This document shows, in pieces, positions 52,473-64,000 of a stretch of DNA of 64,000 nt (its first letter is position 1; every line of letters begins with the position of its first letter). Location of the stretch: the NCBI GenBank assembly GCA_964016885.1, contig OZ024741.1, positions 96,596,001 to 96,660,000 on the forward strand, read 5' to 3'. The notes under the pieces were generated by a model, which was not told the DNA's origin, did not search any database, and worked only from the letters and a program-made list of their open reading frames with translations. The DNA is from Eledone cirrhosa. Taxonomy: Eukaryota. Both the position numbers and the translations under genes were made by a program.

Positions 52473-54548
52473 AAGATTGAACTCGAGCCACGTATTACTT
52501 GTATGCTATTTACGATATACTGCACGGGTTTGTGAATAATAAGGTTTTCGAATATGGGAACAAAGCCTTCAATATTCCTTTACATTTTATTAAATCAATT
52601 TGAATTTCGGAGTTTTCTCCCTTGGATTCGATGCGCAGTATTTAATATATAAAATAACAACCAGCCGCCCCCCTCCCCCCTCTCACATACTCTCTCTGTA
52701 TCACTATCTCTTTATATATATATATATATATATACTTGTGAGAGTGTATGCGTGTGTATAAGTGTGTTTGTATATATATACACCTACATATACTTTCGGT
52801 GTACCAATATGTGTGTGTGTTTGTCGTGTGTATGCGTATATTTGTGTGGGTTTGTGAGTGTGCTTTTCAAGCTGTGTAATTAGTTGACATTGTCATTAAA
52901 TTAGTCACACTGGAGTTGACAGAGTTCTTTTTCCTAGAGGCCACTGATGCATATAAACACAATAGTTGCAGCAGTGCTAACAGGATGATAAATATCATCA
53001 CCAAAGAACAATAAGGAAATTAGCTATGCTAAGGCAGTCATTCAATCTATTAGAAATAGCCATCAAATCACCCTCAAATCAGATCCCACCAACTCAAAAA
53101 AAGACATACCATATAAGGTAGTCCGGATGATATTCGGTCTGCATGTAAGACTGAATAGTTACGATTGAAACGCCTTTGATCAATGGTTCGCTCATACAAG
53201 CGTTAAACAAAATTCATTGCACGATGTCTGAACAGCGGAAGTAATACTTACATACGCAGCGGCATTTTGAACAGCCATAAAACGATGACTAACAGCAGTA
53301 ATAATAATAATTATTATTTCTTTATTGACCATTCGGGCCGAAACACGATAATACCTTTTATCATCAACAACGAACACGTGGTTGTATTAAACCACGTGAT
53401 GCACTGTAAAACCATCAAATGAACCATAGCGTTATTTGAACTCGGACTGCAAAGAGATAAAATTCTGCAATTATGAATAATAAAAAAGGTAATTTTAAGG
53501 ATGAACTATGTGTATCTTCTCGCTCGATATGAGTATGACGGAATACACCACGCCCCAACTTTTGAGAGCGGTGCATGCACACACGTTCCGGAACATTACG
53601 TGAGATCTATATTGTTACTTTGTTCAGCGAGTTTATTTGCCGGGAAGAGTTAAAGAATTTAACGTTTAGAATAAATTGTCTTTCTTGTTAGAGTGAGAGA
53701 AGTTTCCTTAGATTCTAGATATTTTGATAAATATTTGAACGATTCTAAGATTTGTTCTCTGAAAGTGAAGGAATAAAGCTAAATATTAAAATAAACTTAA
53801 TCCGAAACTAATAAAATCAGAATTTACTCCAACAAAAATTGACAATATAATACAAATGGAGAGCTCTTTCATTGTCATTGTAGTCAAATATCCTGCAAAT
53901 TAATTATTATCGCCTTGGACAGGAAATCATTCATTGCTTAAGTGAAAGAACCTATATGACCGTATATTTGTTTAATCAGACTTAACCCATGATTATAGAA
54001 GAACATAACAATAAAATCGTGTATCATATCTGAATTATAAAGTAGTTGTGGTATTGGAGGTTTTTGTGACTGCAATGTCCTTCATGCTGTGTATTTGTCA
54101 ATTAAATTAAACGAATTGATACGTAAATGATTGAAAGCGAAGTCAATCAAGCAATCTAATCTAGAAATTTCCAGTAATCAACAGAAAAAAGACAAAAACA
54201 ATCGCTTGATTTCCTTATATATATCTCTTGTAATAACGATCAAACATTGTTCACATCAAACACAATTAATTACCAATCTCTGACAATCTAGCCTGTTGCT
54301 GTCCATGTTGATGAAGTTATTGTTATAACTATTCATGTTATTAGCTAGTGAAAGGTTGATACTCCACAGACTAAGCGATAGAAACCGACCATGAAATTGT
54401 TACAACAGATTTTCCTTACTGCGTGGGATTTAATTATGCAAATATTTCAGTTAATCACTACACAACAAAGATAATAGTTGTCAATTATGCAGTATCGTTG
54501 CCACCTAGAACCGTGCATAGTACACTTGCATCGTAACTAATATAGTTA

Positions 54549-54701
54549 GTGATGACGATGGAGATGGTGATGATGATGATGATGATAATGATGATGGTGG
54601 TAATGATGGGGATGATAATGATGATGATGATGGTGATGATGTTGATGATGGTAATGGAGGTTGAGATAGTGGTGGTAATGATGATGATGATGATGATGAT
54701 A

Positions 54702-54778
<77 letters not shown>

Positions 54779-54780
54779 AT
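54549..54780. repeat. (GAT)n imperfect microsatellite
   Basis: Direct reading. Confidence 0.95.
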
Positions 54781-55424
54781 GGTGGATATTCGTGATAAAA
54801 ATTATAGTGGTGGACATTGTTGGTTAGCCTCATTTCAGTTCTTACTGAGCGAAAGGTATTCAAGGCACGACCATTTTGAATTTGTTAGGGTATTGTAAAA
54901 CATTATTCAATGTTTTCTTTTTCTCTTTTAAAATGGTATTATGGGATCTGAGGAAGACTGATCTGCAACAGCTTAGAGGTTAATTTAATGGTTGAACATG
55001 GTAGAATATTTCTAATATTTTTCTTGTTTTTGTTGGCTATCTCCAACTTAACCGTAATGGAACCGACATGTGATCCAAGACATTATGGTTGTGAATGTTT
55101 CATTCTTAACGGCTATTGTACGTTATCCGTTTTTCATGTCGGTACAGCAAATTTTAACTGGTCGTGCTTCTAAAATCAAAACCCTTAGATCTATGATTCT
55201 TCCATATTTTGTTATATGTAAGAAACTAAAAGCCATATAAAACAACGTTCCCTAAACAATTAAAGATGGTTGGGTGCTTTTGAGTGAGCTTTAGTTACAA
55301 TGTCTAGCATTCAAAGCAACCATGTAGAAACTCGTTTATTGGTTTGCAAAATAGTAATTTTACATCAGCAGTGGGGATATATGTAAAATCGTAGTTGTGG
55401 TGCAAGTGGGGATGTGAATGTTGA

Positions 55425-55575
55425 TAATAATTGTTTCTACTTTTAGCACAAGGCCATCAATTACCCAGTGCATTACTGGTACTTTATTACATCGACCTCT
55501 TAAGGATGAAAGGCAAAGTTAACCTCGGCGGGATTTGAACTCAGAATGGCAAGGCCCGTAACTCTATGCGTCAAA
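55425..55575 (-). mobile_element. SINE, 5'-truncated
   Basis: B box, core and tail. Confidence 0.88.
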
Positions 55576-55964
55576 GTGAATGTTCATAAACGTAGTGTGT
55601 AACCAGTAATAGTGAGGACAGTATTTGTATTGCTAAGCGCGGTGAGTGGAAAATGATTATTTTCTAACTGGTCGTTTGACAAATTACAGATGAGATAGTC
55701 TGGTTTCAGTGGTGATAATGGATATATTGGTTAAAGTGTAATGTGTGGCGAGATGGTGTTCCTAAAATACATATTGATTTCTAACGTAAACCACATGGCT
55801 TTTAATCTGGGAAAAGATTACGGCCAATTATATTGATCTCAGTATTTGAAAGGTACTTTATTATATAGACGTCCAAAGAATGAAAGGAAAAACTACCCTG
55901 TGTGGGATTTGAACCCCGAATTTGAAGGATCTTAAATATTGCTGAGGTTGGGTAATAATAATTA

Positions 55965-57430
55965 TTTTTGTATTGGCCACTAATGTGGAAACATAAAGGA
56001 GAATATAAAAACAGAGACTGGGGATTTATATAAAACGTGTAACAAAAGATAACGGGTAACAATTAACAACAAATTAATAACAATACAATTCACCAATAGT
56101 GGTGAGTATCAGCCACAGGTAAGTTACGAGGCCCACAGATCTTAAAACGCCTTAATCTCCAAGAACACCATCGGAAGGCGCCTCTCTCCTCTCTAAACAG
56201 TCCAGCCTCCAGTCACATGGTTAGAGTAGGCCCATTCACACGGGCCGTACTCGCTACATTCATCCCTCTATTAATACATCTACTGGAGGGAAGCACTTCA
56301 TTTTCCACCCTTACCTTTCTTTCCAAGTGGAACTTGAAAATGTTGAAGAGGGTTTGGCCGAAGAGGAAAGCGTCTGCTTTCAATCGTTTCAGTCGTATCC
56401 ACTACACTACCTTTTTTCGTTACAGCCACCAGACAGAAGAGTACTATCCACCCTTCTCCGCCGAAATAAGGCCTTAGAGCGATCTTCACGGAGGACGCGG
56501 TCGAGAGTTGGATCCGTCCTACACGCGATAATACCTATTTGACAAATCTCCACAAGTCAGTAATGCTTGGACACTAAAAACGTTTGTGCAGAATGCTTTC
56601 ATCGCACATTGTGCATCTCGGGAAGGTCCGCATGACATCACTTCTGTGCCTATAGAAATTATCCATCGACCCAGGTTCGAACATTCTTCGGACCAAAGTG
56701 GTTAGATCGGTGCGTCGAAGCCAAAATTTTTCCGAAAACCTCGTCGCTCTTGCCCGCCACTAATCTTCTCTAGAAGGTTAGACTGGAATTTACAAGGGGA
56801 GGATGGGGTCGATGCCTGACGTTCTGGTGATAATAGATGGAGGACGCAATGTACGCTTTCGTCACATCTGCATATTTATGGGTGAGATTGGCCACCCTAC
56901 TTGTTATCTCATCCTAGTTCATACCCACCTGGAGGTCTGGACAAAATCAAACATCGAGCAACTTGAATTGTCCCTCCGTCCTGCTTCCGAGGACATTGTT
57001 GAAAGGCATGGAGTTGTCTTTCCCGGTGTCGGATTGCAAACACACCGACTTTTTCAGGTTGATCTTTGCTCCCTTCGACCTTTCATCTTCCTCTAAGTAA
57101 TTGCAACCACCTCGATTTCACCATCATGATGATGTCATTCGCATATGCCGACGCAGCCATTCCACGTATCAGTTTGAGCGGGTTACCCTGCAATTGTAGC
57201 TCGAGAGTCAATACGTTTAGAAGGACAGTACGCATCGAGCGCGTGATCTGGAACGGTTCCTATCGGTGGCTATTTACATTGACCATTGTACTGATGCTAC
57301 TGTGCATTGCAGCCATCCAGTCTCTGAAGACGGGACAGAATTCGGTTGCCTTGAAGACAGCCTCCTCCATTTATCTATGGAACACTTTCGAGTCCCATCG
57401 AAGAAGGTTTTACTCTCTACTCTGTCTATG
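55965..57430 (-). mobile_element. Tx1-clade ORF2 3' fragment, heavily decayed
   Basis: AYANDI (YADD region), LTLELQL, QTSRW and FKFHL similarity to copies 1 and 2; 3' end GTGGCCAATACAAA. Confidence 0.8.
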
Positions 57431-58282
57431 ATGAACTTGAGGCTTTTGCAACCCGTGTTTCTATCAGCTACTCCGATTATCTTAAAGCGTCCGTCACAGA
57501 TGCCGTTCCTGTGTAGGTGGATATTAGTAATAGTAGTATTAGTATTTGAAGTAGGAGTAGAGTAATTGTAGAAGTACTTAAAGTAGTAATAATAGATTTA
57601 GTAGTAATAGTGGTAACAGCAGCAGTAATGGTAATAGCTTGTTTCATGTAGAATGTGTATGTGTAGAAATATGTTTGTCTGTTACTACATGTGTGTGTGT
57701 GTGTGTCGGCATATGTAACCAGTAGTAGATTCTACAGTTCCTGGTACGAGATTGGGTATGTATGAGTAAGTAGTAGAAAGAAAATATTGGCGGCGATACT
57801 TCTCACCATTTCCCACATGAATAGATCCAATAGCATTTATCGACATCGACCTGCCATTATGCCTTCATAAACTGGTTATCGATCAGGGCTTGTCCTAGTT
57901 CCAGTGCAATTTGTCGGTGGTGAGCGGGAAGGGTTTCTTTTATTTTTTTATTTTGTTATCATTTATTTTTATGTTTATTTCGTTTTCTTGAATTGGCGTA
58001 TATTTTTGTTTAAGGAACAGCAAAAAAGGGGATAAGGAGGAATGCATGTGGAGTAGAAGACGAGGAAGGAGATGGAGGACGGCGATGTAGAGATGGGGGA
58101 GAAATAACGAGGTAGGAATTCGCATTTGGCTGTCATTGGCAGTAAATACACATTTATTAAACATTGACTGCCTGGAGTTGTACTCAAAGAGTTCACACCA
58201 TATAAAGGAAACAAAAGAACTATGAAGAATAACAATAATCCATCCATCCATCCATACATCCATCCATACATACATTCATGTA

Positions 58283-58313
<31 letters not shown>

Positions 58314-58754
58314 TCATAGAAATCTAAATAAAAATAAACGAATATATTATACATGTACGCGTGTATATCCGTGTGTACGTACATAAGTATGTATGTACGT
58401 AAATATGTTTGTATATACGTATGTTTGTATTCATTTATGTGTGTATATAAGTATTTATATATGCATGTATGTATGAAATATATAACATGTAATTAATTGA
58501 AGAAGAAACAATGTAAAAACAACATCGAAATCTTACACTTACTCTAATAAATACACAAGTTTATGAAGAAAAGGTCGTCTACTCCATCAAAGTCGTCCCC
58601 TTTAACTCCTTCAACATTTTCAACAAAAGCACCGCGATTAATGTTACAATTACTATCATTACCATCACTCTTGACCTCACTAACTTACTAGCATCAACAT
58701 CACCACTTTCATTATCATCGTCCCTTCGTCCACACTCTCGTCACTATTATTATA

Positions 58755-58882
58755 ATGGCCCTTTATGTTCTGAGTTCAAATCCCAACGAGGTTAACCTTG
58801 CCTTTCCTCCTTACGGGGTCGATAAAATAAAGTACCAGTATTGCACTGGGATAATTGCTGGCCTTGTGCCAAAAGTAGAAAC
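58755..58882 (+). mobile_element. SINE, 5'-truncated
   Basis: B box, core and tail. Confidence 0.88.
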
Positions 58883-59729
58883 TACCAACACCACCTTCTA
58901 ACACCATGACAACATTACTAGGATCCTTCATAACGCCACCACTATCACTATGCTTCAGCACCTTTTTTTTACCACATTCACTTATAACCAGTGGCCAGGG
59001 ACCTTAACGTAGTTAATAGAGCTGCTAGAAACATCAATCGGATCTGCCACAAATCAAACATCGATTAAGATAAAAAAATAAAATCACCATACGTCTGATC
59101 ATTCCGGTTTGATCCGAAGCTAAACAACATCAACACCATAAATATGACCCTCACCACCAACAACAATGCGTAGATTATGGAGGAATTTGAAGCCTCTCTC
59201 CTAAATCCAACAGCACTTTCTTAGTGCTTTGACGTTTGGATAATGTTTTGCTAGATATGCAATGCTTACGAAATGATAGGTTTGTCATGGCTGGATTACA
59301 TTAGGTCATAGGTTTTCTCGTGCAGGCCTAGCCGAGGGCTAAACACCACTAACAACAATAACAAGTGTAACAAAAATAACAACGCTACATCTAATAGTAT
59401 AAATACTAAGAATAGAAAAACAAAACAATACCAGTTACCAGCACCACCCTTGCACTGCTTAATATAAATGTAAGGAACATTTACACTGCTAACCACATTG
59501 TATTCTGTTTATTAAATATAGAGGCAGATTTTAGCTTTGATCATAACCTTTCGGGTTCTTCAAAGAAATTATCTCTAAAGTTTACGCTCTTCGTGTTTAT
59601 AAACACATTTACACTTTCCTACAAACAAATGACTAGGAAAGAAAAAAAACACACGCACAGCTGTATATGTACATACACACATACACAGATTCAAACTCAT
59701 ACCCCCCCCTACACACACACACACACACA

Positions 59730-59812
<83 letters not shown>

Positions 59813-60087
59813 ACACACAGCCGTTTAACAACAACGATACATACGTGTGTATAGACAAAAGCTGCAATCAACATAAACACATTCACATTCCTATAATAGA
59901 TGCAGTATCAAAGAAAACATTATATGCATTAATAATTACATCAACACACACACACAGAAACGCGCACCTCTCCAACCCCATATATATATAAATATATATA
60001 CACAGTATATAGGGAACGTCTACATGCTAAGAACGGAAAGACTACCATTCATAGTACTGGATGCATAATGGGATGAAGAGTGTGTAT

Positions 60088-60336
<249 letters not shown>

Positions 60337-60519
60337 ATGTGCCGGGTATGGCATGTACACCTCTGGCAGATGAATTGTTTGATGACGGGCCACCAGCTCC
60401 AGATAAGTAATAAATGTGGTTAAGAAAGCCAGAGCCAAATTATCATCGGGTCCAAACGGAATAGCCTATCAAGAATGTCTCAGAGTCCTTGAGTGGATCC
60501 CCAAAATAAGGTCAGCATA

Positions 60520-61720
60520 GTAGAATCTGAAGATTAGCGATGGATGAGAGCCGAAATTATATACATCCTGACTAAGCAGAACTCGAGCGACATCACTACT
60601 TCAGATCGATAACACTTCTGAACGTTCAAGGTAAAATGTTCTTCTCTGTTATGACTCCAGTACTAACTAGATATCTCACAGAGAATATGTACGTGCACAT
60701 GGTGGTCTAGAAGGGAGGCATCGTGGAGTGTCTCGTTTTATAGAACATGCCTCAACGATTTGGGAAGCAATTCAAAGAGCTAAAGCAGAAAAAGGAAGAC
60801 TTCATGTGGTGTGACGTGATCTGGCGAATACCTACGGTTGGCTTCCTCACAAAATGATGCTACTAGCTCTCGAGTTATACGATGTTCCAAAGAACATCCG
60901 AGAAATGCTGAAGATGTATTTTCGTAGTTTCTCCATGTAATTCTCCATCAACCACCTGGACTAATCTAGAGATTTGCATAGGAAATGACTGTGAAATCTC
61001 ACACTGTTTGTGTTGGCAATTGATGTAATCCTGAAGGAGGCAATGTGCTGGTCAGCTCCAAAAGTGTTCGAAGAAGTATTTCGAATGCCTTCATAGGCGA
61101 CTGTACACTCCTTGCCACAAAGGAAGTTCAAACCCGTAGGATACTGACGTTTGGTAATGTTCGAGAATTCGATCTGGCCGAAGCTGAAGACAGGCAGAAA
61201 ATGCAAAGTCCAGGGGGCGATGGATGATATAGAGGTAAACATCCTGATCAAAGAAATAATAGGATACTCTCAAGCCATCAAGCAGTGGCTGGGCGTAACA
61301 AAAATGGAACGGTTGTCAGAAGACAGTGGGAAGATGAGGAGAGAACATGATATAGAAGTAGAGGAAACAAGAGGATTCCAGAGGACTCCAGAATGCAGTA
61401 CAACAGAGCCATCGCCAGTTGACGTCATGGGAAGGTGGACTCCAGAATTGTCTTTAGTAGAATGAATTGTAGCATATGGCGCCACTTAGAAATAATTTTC
61501 GTTTCAGATTTGTGTATGATATCCTACCTTCGAATACGAATCTAGTGAAGTGAGGCAAATCTGATAACCCAGCGGACCCACTCTACTACGCACCACACAA
61601 AGTGGAACACATCCTGAGCACACACAGAGTAACACTATCTCAAGAAAGATATAGGCGGAGACGCAATCAAGTGCTTAAGGAGAGTGCACATGTTATAAAA
61701 ATGAAATTAATGTATGTTTT
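60520..61720 (+). pseudogene. Decayed RLE-type non-LTR element (HERO-like)
   Basis: FRSITLLNVQGKMFFSV, IWEAIQRAK..LHVV..DLANTYG.LPH and EHILS....LSQERY..R.NQVLKE. Confidence 0.7.
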
Positions 61721-61875
61721 AAAAAAGGGGAGACATGTTTATATTAAACTGCTTTGGAATATCTTTTCATACATTTCCATTATATAGATTAAGGTTGTTT
61801 GTAATTTGAATCAGTACAATCAAATCTATCGAAGAGTTTAATATACACTATGTGGTATATATATATATATATATC

Positions 61876-61906
<31 letters not shown>

Positions 61907-62097
61907 AATGTTCGGTAAACCCATACGTACATATATATATATATATGTGTGTATGTATGTATATACATACTACTGTACGTCTGTATGCATATATGTATGT
62001 ACGTATACATACCTATATTTAAGTATCAGCCGTACTCAGAGTGAGAAATGAAATTTCATTGTTTCCATTTATATATATATGTATATATATATATCAG

Positions 62098-62265
62098 ATA
62101 GTGTATGGTAGAAACCAGCTAGACCATAACCCACCAGAGTATTCCATACTCGGAGTAGTAGAGTGGGTAATAGGAAAAGATTCAGGATCCGAACGAAAGC
62201 CTTTAGTTCGGATCTAGCAGTCGAAACAACCGCAGCTCAGTTGTCGGGTTTCCTGAATCATTTCA
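62098..62265 (+). mobile_element. Family A element with degenerate hammerhead-like fold
   Basis: GATTCAGGA/TCCTGAATC stem I and GAAAC AAC..GTT GTC stem III; the CUGANGA box is degenerate. Homologous to 7603-7785. Confidence 0.65.
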
Positions 62266-62306
62266 TATATATATAATGTATATATATATATATGTTTATA
62301 TATATA

Positions 62307-62364
<58 letters not shown>

Positions 62365-62369
<5 letters not shown>

Positions 62370-62702
62370 ATAATAATAAATTTGAAGACTAAAATCCAAA
62401 GAGGGCTCGATAAGGATAAATATATATCAAATATATAAGAACCGTAGAGCAAATATTGATTAAAATAACAGATTAAAGTTTAAGCAAAGAATCGCTGCTT
62501 TCACCCGTAACAGGATCTTCTGAAATTAACAAAGTCAATCTGTGAACGCGGAAGTGAATATTTCAAAAAACGTTGCAACCGGTTGCAACGTTTTTTGAAA
62601 TATTCACTTCCGCGTTCACAGATTGACTTTGTTAGTTTCAGAAGATCCTGTTAAGGGTGAAAGCAGCGATTCTTTGCTTAAACTTTAATCTGTTATTTTA
62701 AT
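62365..62702. mobile_element. Family F (Naiad 3' end) fold-back: 244-bp spacer-less palindrome 62459-62702
   Basis: Centre at 62580/62581, two mismatches seen between arms; matches 26303-26425. Confidence 0.92.
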
Positions 62703-62708
62703 AAATAA

Positions 62709-62772
<64 letters not shown>

Positions 62773-63520
62773 ATACATTTATCTATCTATATCTATATAT
62801 ATATGAAGTGATAATTTAAACAAGATATTAGGTAACTGTAAATTTTATATCGATTTGTTTTTCTCATGAAAATCTCTCACTGTATATATTACCTATAATA
62901 TAATGATTTCTTTAATTTCTTTATATTATCTATAAAATAATGGAATCATTTACAATTAGAGTCGCACATACCCATATACGTCTATCTGACGCAAATAATA
63001 CGCATATACCTACGTGATTTACATCACTCACACCACCCACACACAAGAATACAACTTTAGAGCGCCTTATGTAAGCGGTATTTAAGCGAATACTTGATTA
63101 AAGACTGCTCCCTAAGGGACGTATTTTAAAGTGGTGATAACCGCATCGGATAATGGCCACAGGCAAGAGGCATTTGGCATCAAACTTAAACATTTGTCGT
63201 CCGAAACCCTAACAAATGATTTGACTTACATACGCATTTAATTTCTGAAATCTACCAGACTGCAGGCATATTGTTAAGGAGGCGGAAATTATGCTCTCTT
63301 AGGGTCGGCATAGAGCTTCAGAACATCTTCGATAATTTGGATTCATAGGATGGTTTTGTGTGTAGTGTGTGAATGGTAATAATTGTCATTGATGTGGTGG
63401 CGCTGGTGGTTTTAGTGGTAGTGCTCGTGACTATAGTGTGCTTGTAGTTGAAGTATTGGTTTTTAGAGGTATGACCGTTGTGTTGGCTTTGGTCATCATA
63501 TTATTATTACTATTACTATT

Positions 63521-64000
63521 AGGGCGGTGAATTGGCAGTATCGGTAGAGAGTCAGACACCATGCTTTGTAGCATAGAGTTACGGCCCTTTGCGGTCTGAG
63601 TTCAAATCCTTCCGATGTTAATTTTGCCTTTCATCCTTAACAGGGTTGATAAAATAAAGTACTAGTCACGATTTGGGGTCGATTTAATCGATTTTCCCCT
63701 CCCCCAAAATCTCTGGCCTTGTGCCTATATAAGAAACCATTATTAGAGCATAGTGTTACGGCCCTTGCTATTCTGAGTTCAAATCCCGCCGAGGTTAACT
63801 TTGCCTTTCATCCTTACGGGGTCGATAAAATAAAGTACCAGTAATGTTCTGAGTATTTGCTGGCCTTGTGCCTAAAGTAGAAACAATTATTAGAGCACAG
63901 TGTCATGGTCCTTTAATTTCTGGGGGTCGATAAAATAAAGCACCACTAATACACAGGGGTCGATTTAATCGACTTTCCCTTCCTCTAAAATTGCCTTGTG
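63521..64000 (+). mobile_element. Stack of three SINE copies (63521-63740, 63747-63890, 63895-end)
   Basis: Three successive cores and tails separated by ATTATTAGAGCA. Confidence 0.9.

Noticed and set aside
48900-55900. Host exons in the less repetitive AT-rich stretch
   Set aside because: No convincing ORF with splice signals. Scattered decayed SINE-like pieces (near 49930, 50190, 55860) explain part of it. Small exons cannot be excluded without RNA-seq.

Overview
AT-rich, microsatellite-dense eukaryotic DNA with no recognisable host protein-coding exon. The repeat repertoire points to a mollusc, most likely a cephalopod or octopus (inference). Almost every interpretable stretch is a mobile element: two near full-length Tx1-clade LINEs plus two fragments; Naiad-type Penelope-like elements (PLEs) with RT and GIY-YIG domains; an internally deleted mariner and a mariner MITE; RTE, CR1, HERO-like and R4/Dong-like remnants; and about 15 tRNA-derived Nin-domain SINEs. 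Three signals stand out. (1) Both divergent Tx1 LINEs have AG|GTAAGT overlapping the ORF1 stop, then a pyrimidine tract, then a first YAG that would splice ORF1 in frame to ORF2 through a 52-53 nt intron. (2) At least six short non-coding families carry hammerhead-like cores, sit in (TA)n tracts, and often form fold-back palindromes. (3) One family carries a covarying multi-stem CUGAUGA RNA motif that does not fit a canonical hammerhead. All structure and splice calls were made by eye and need computational or experimental confirmation.
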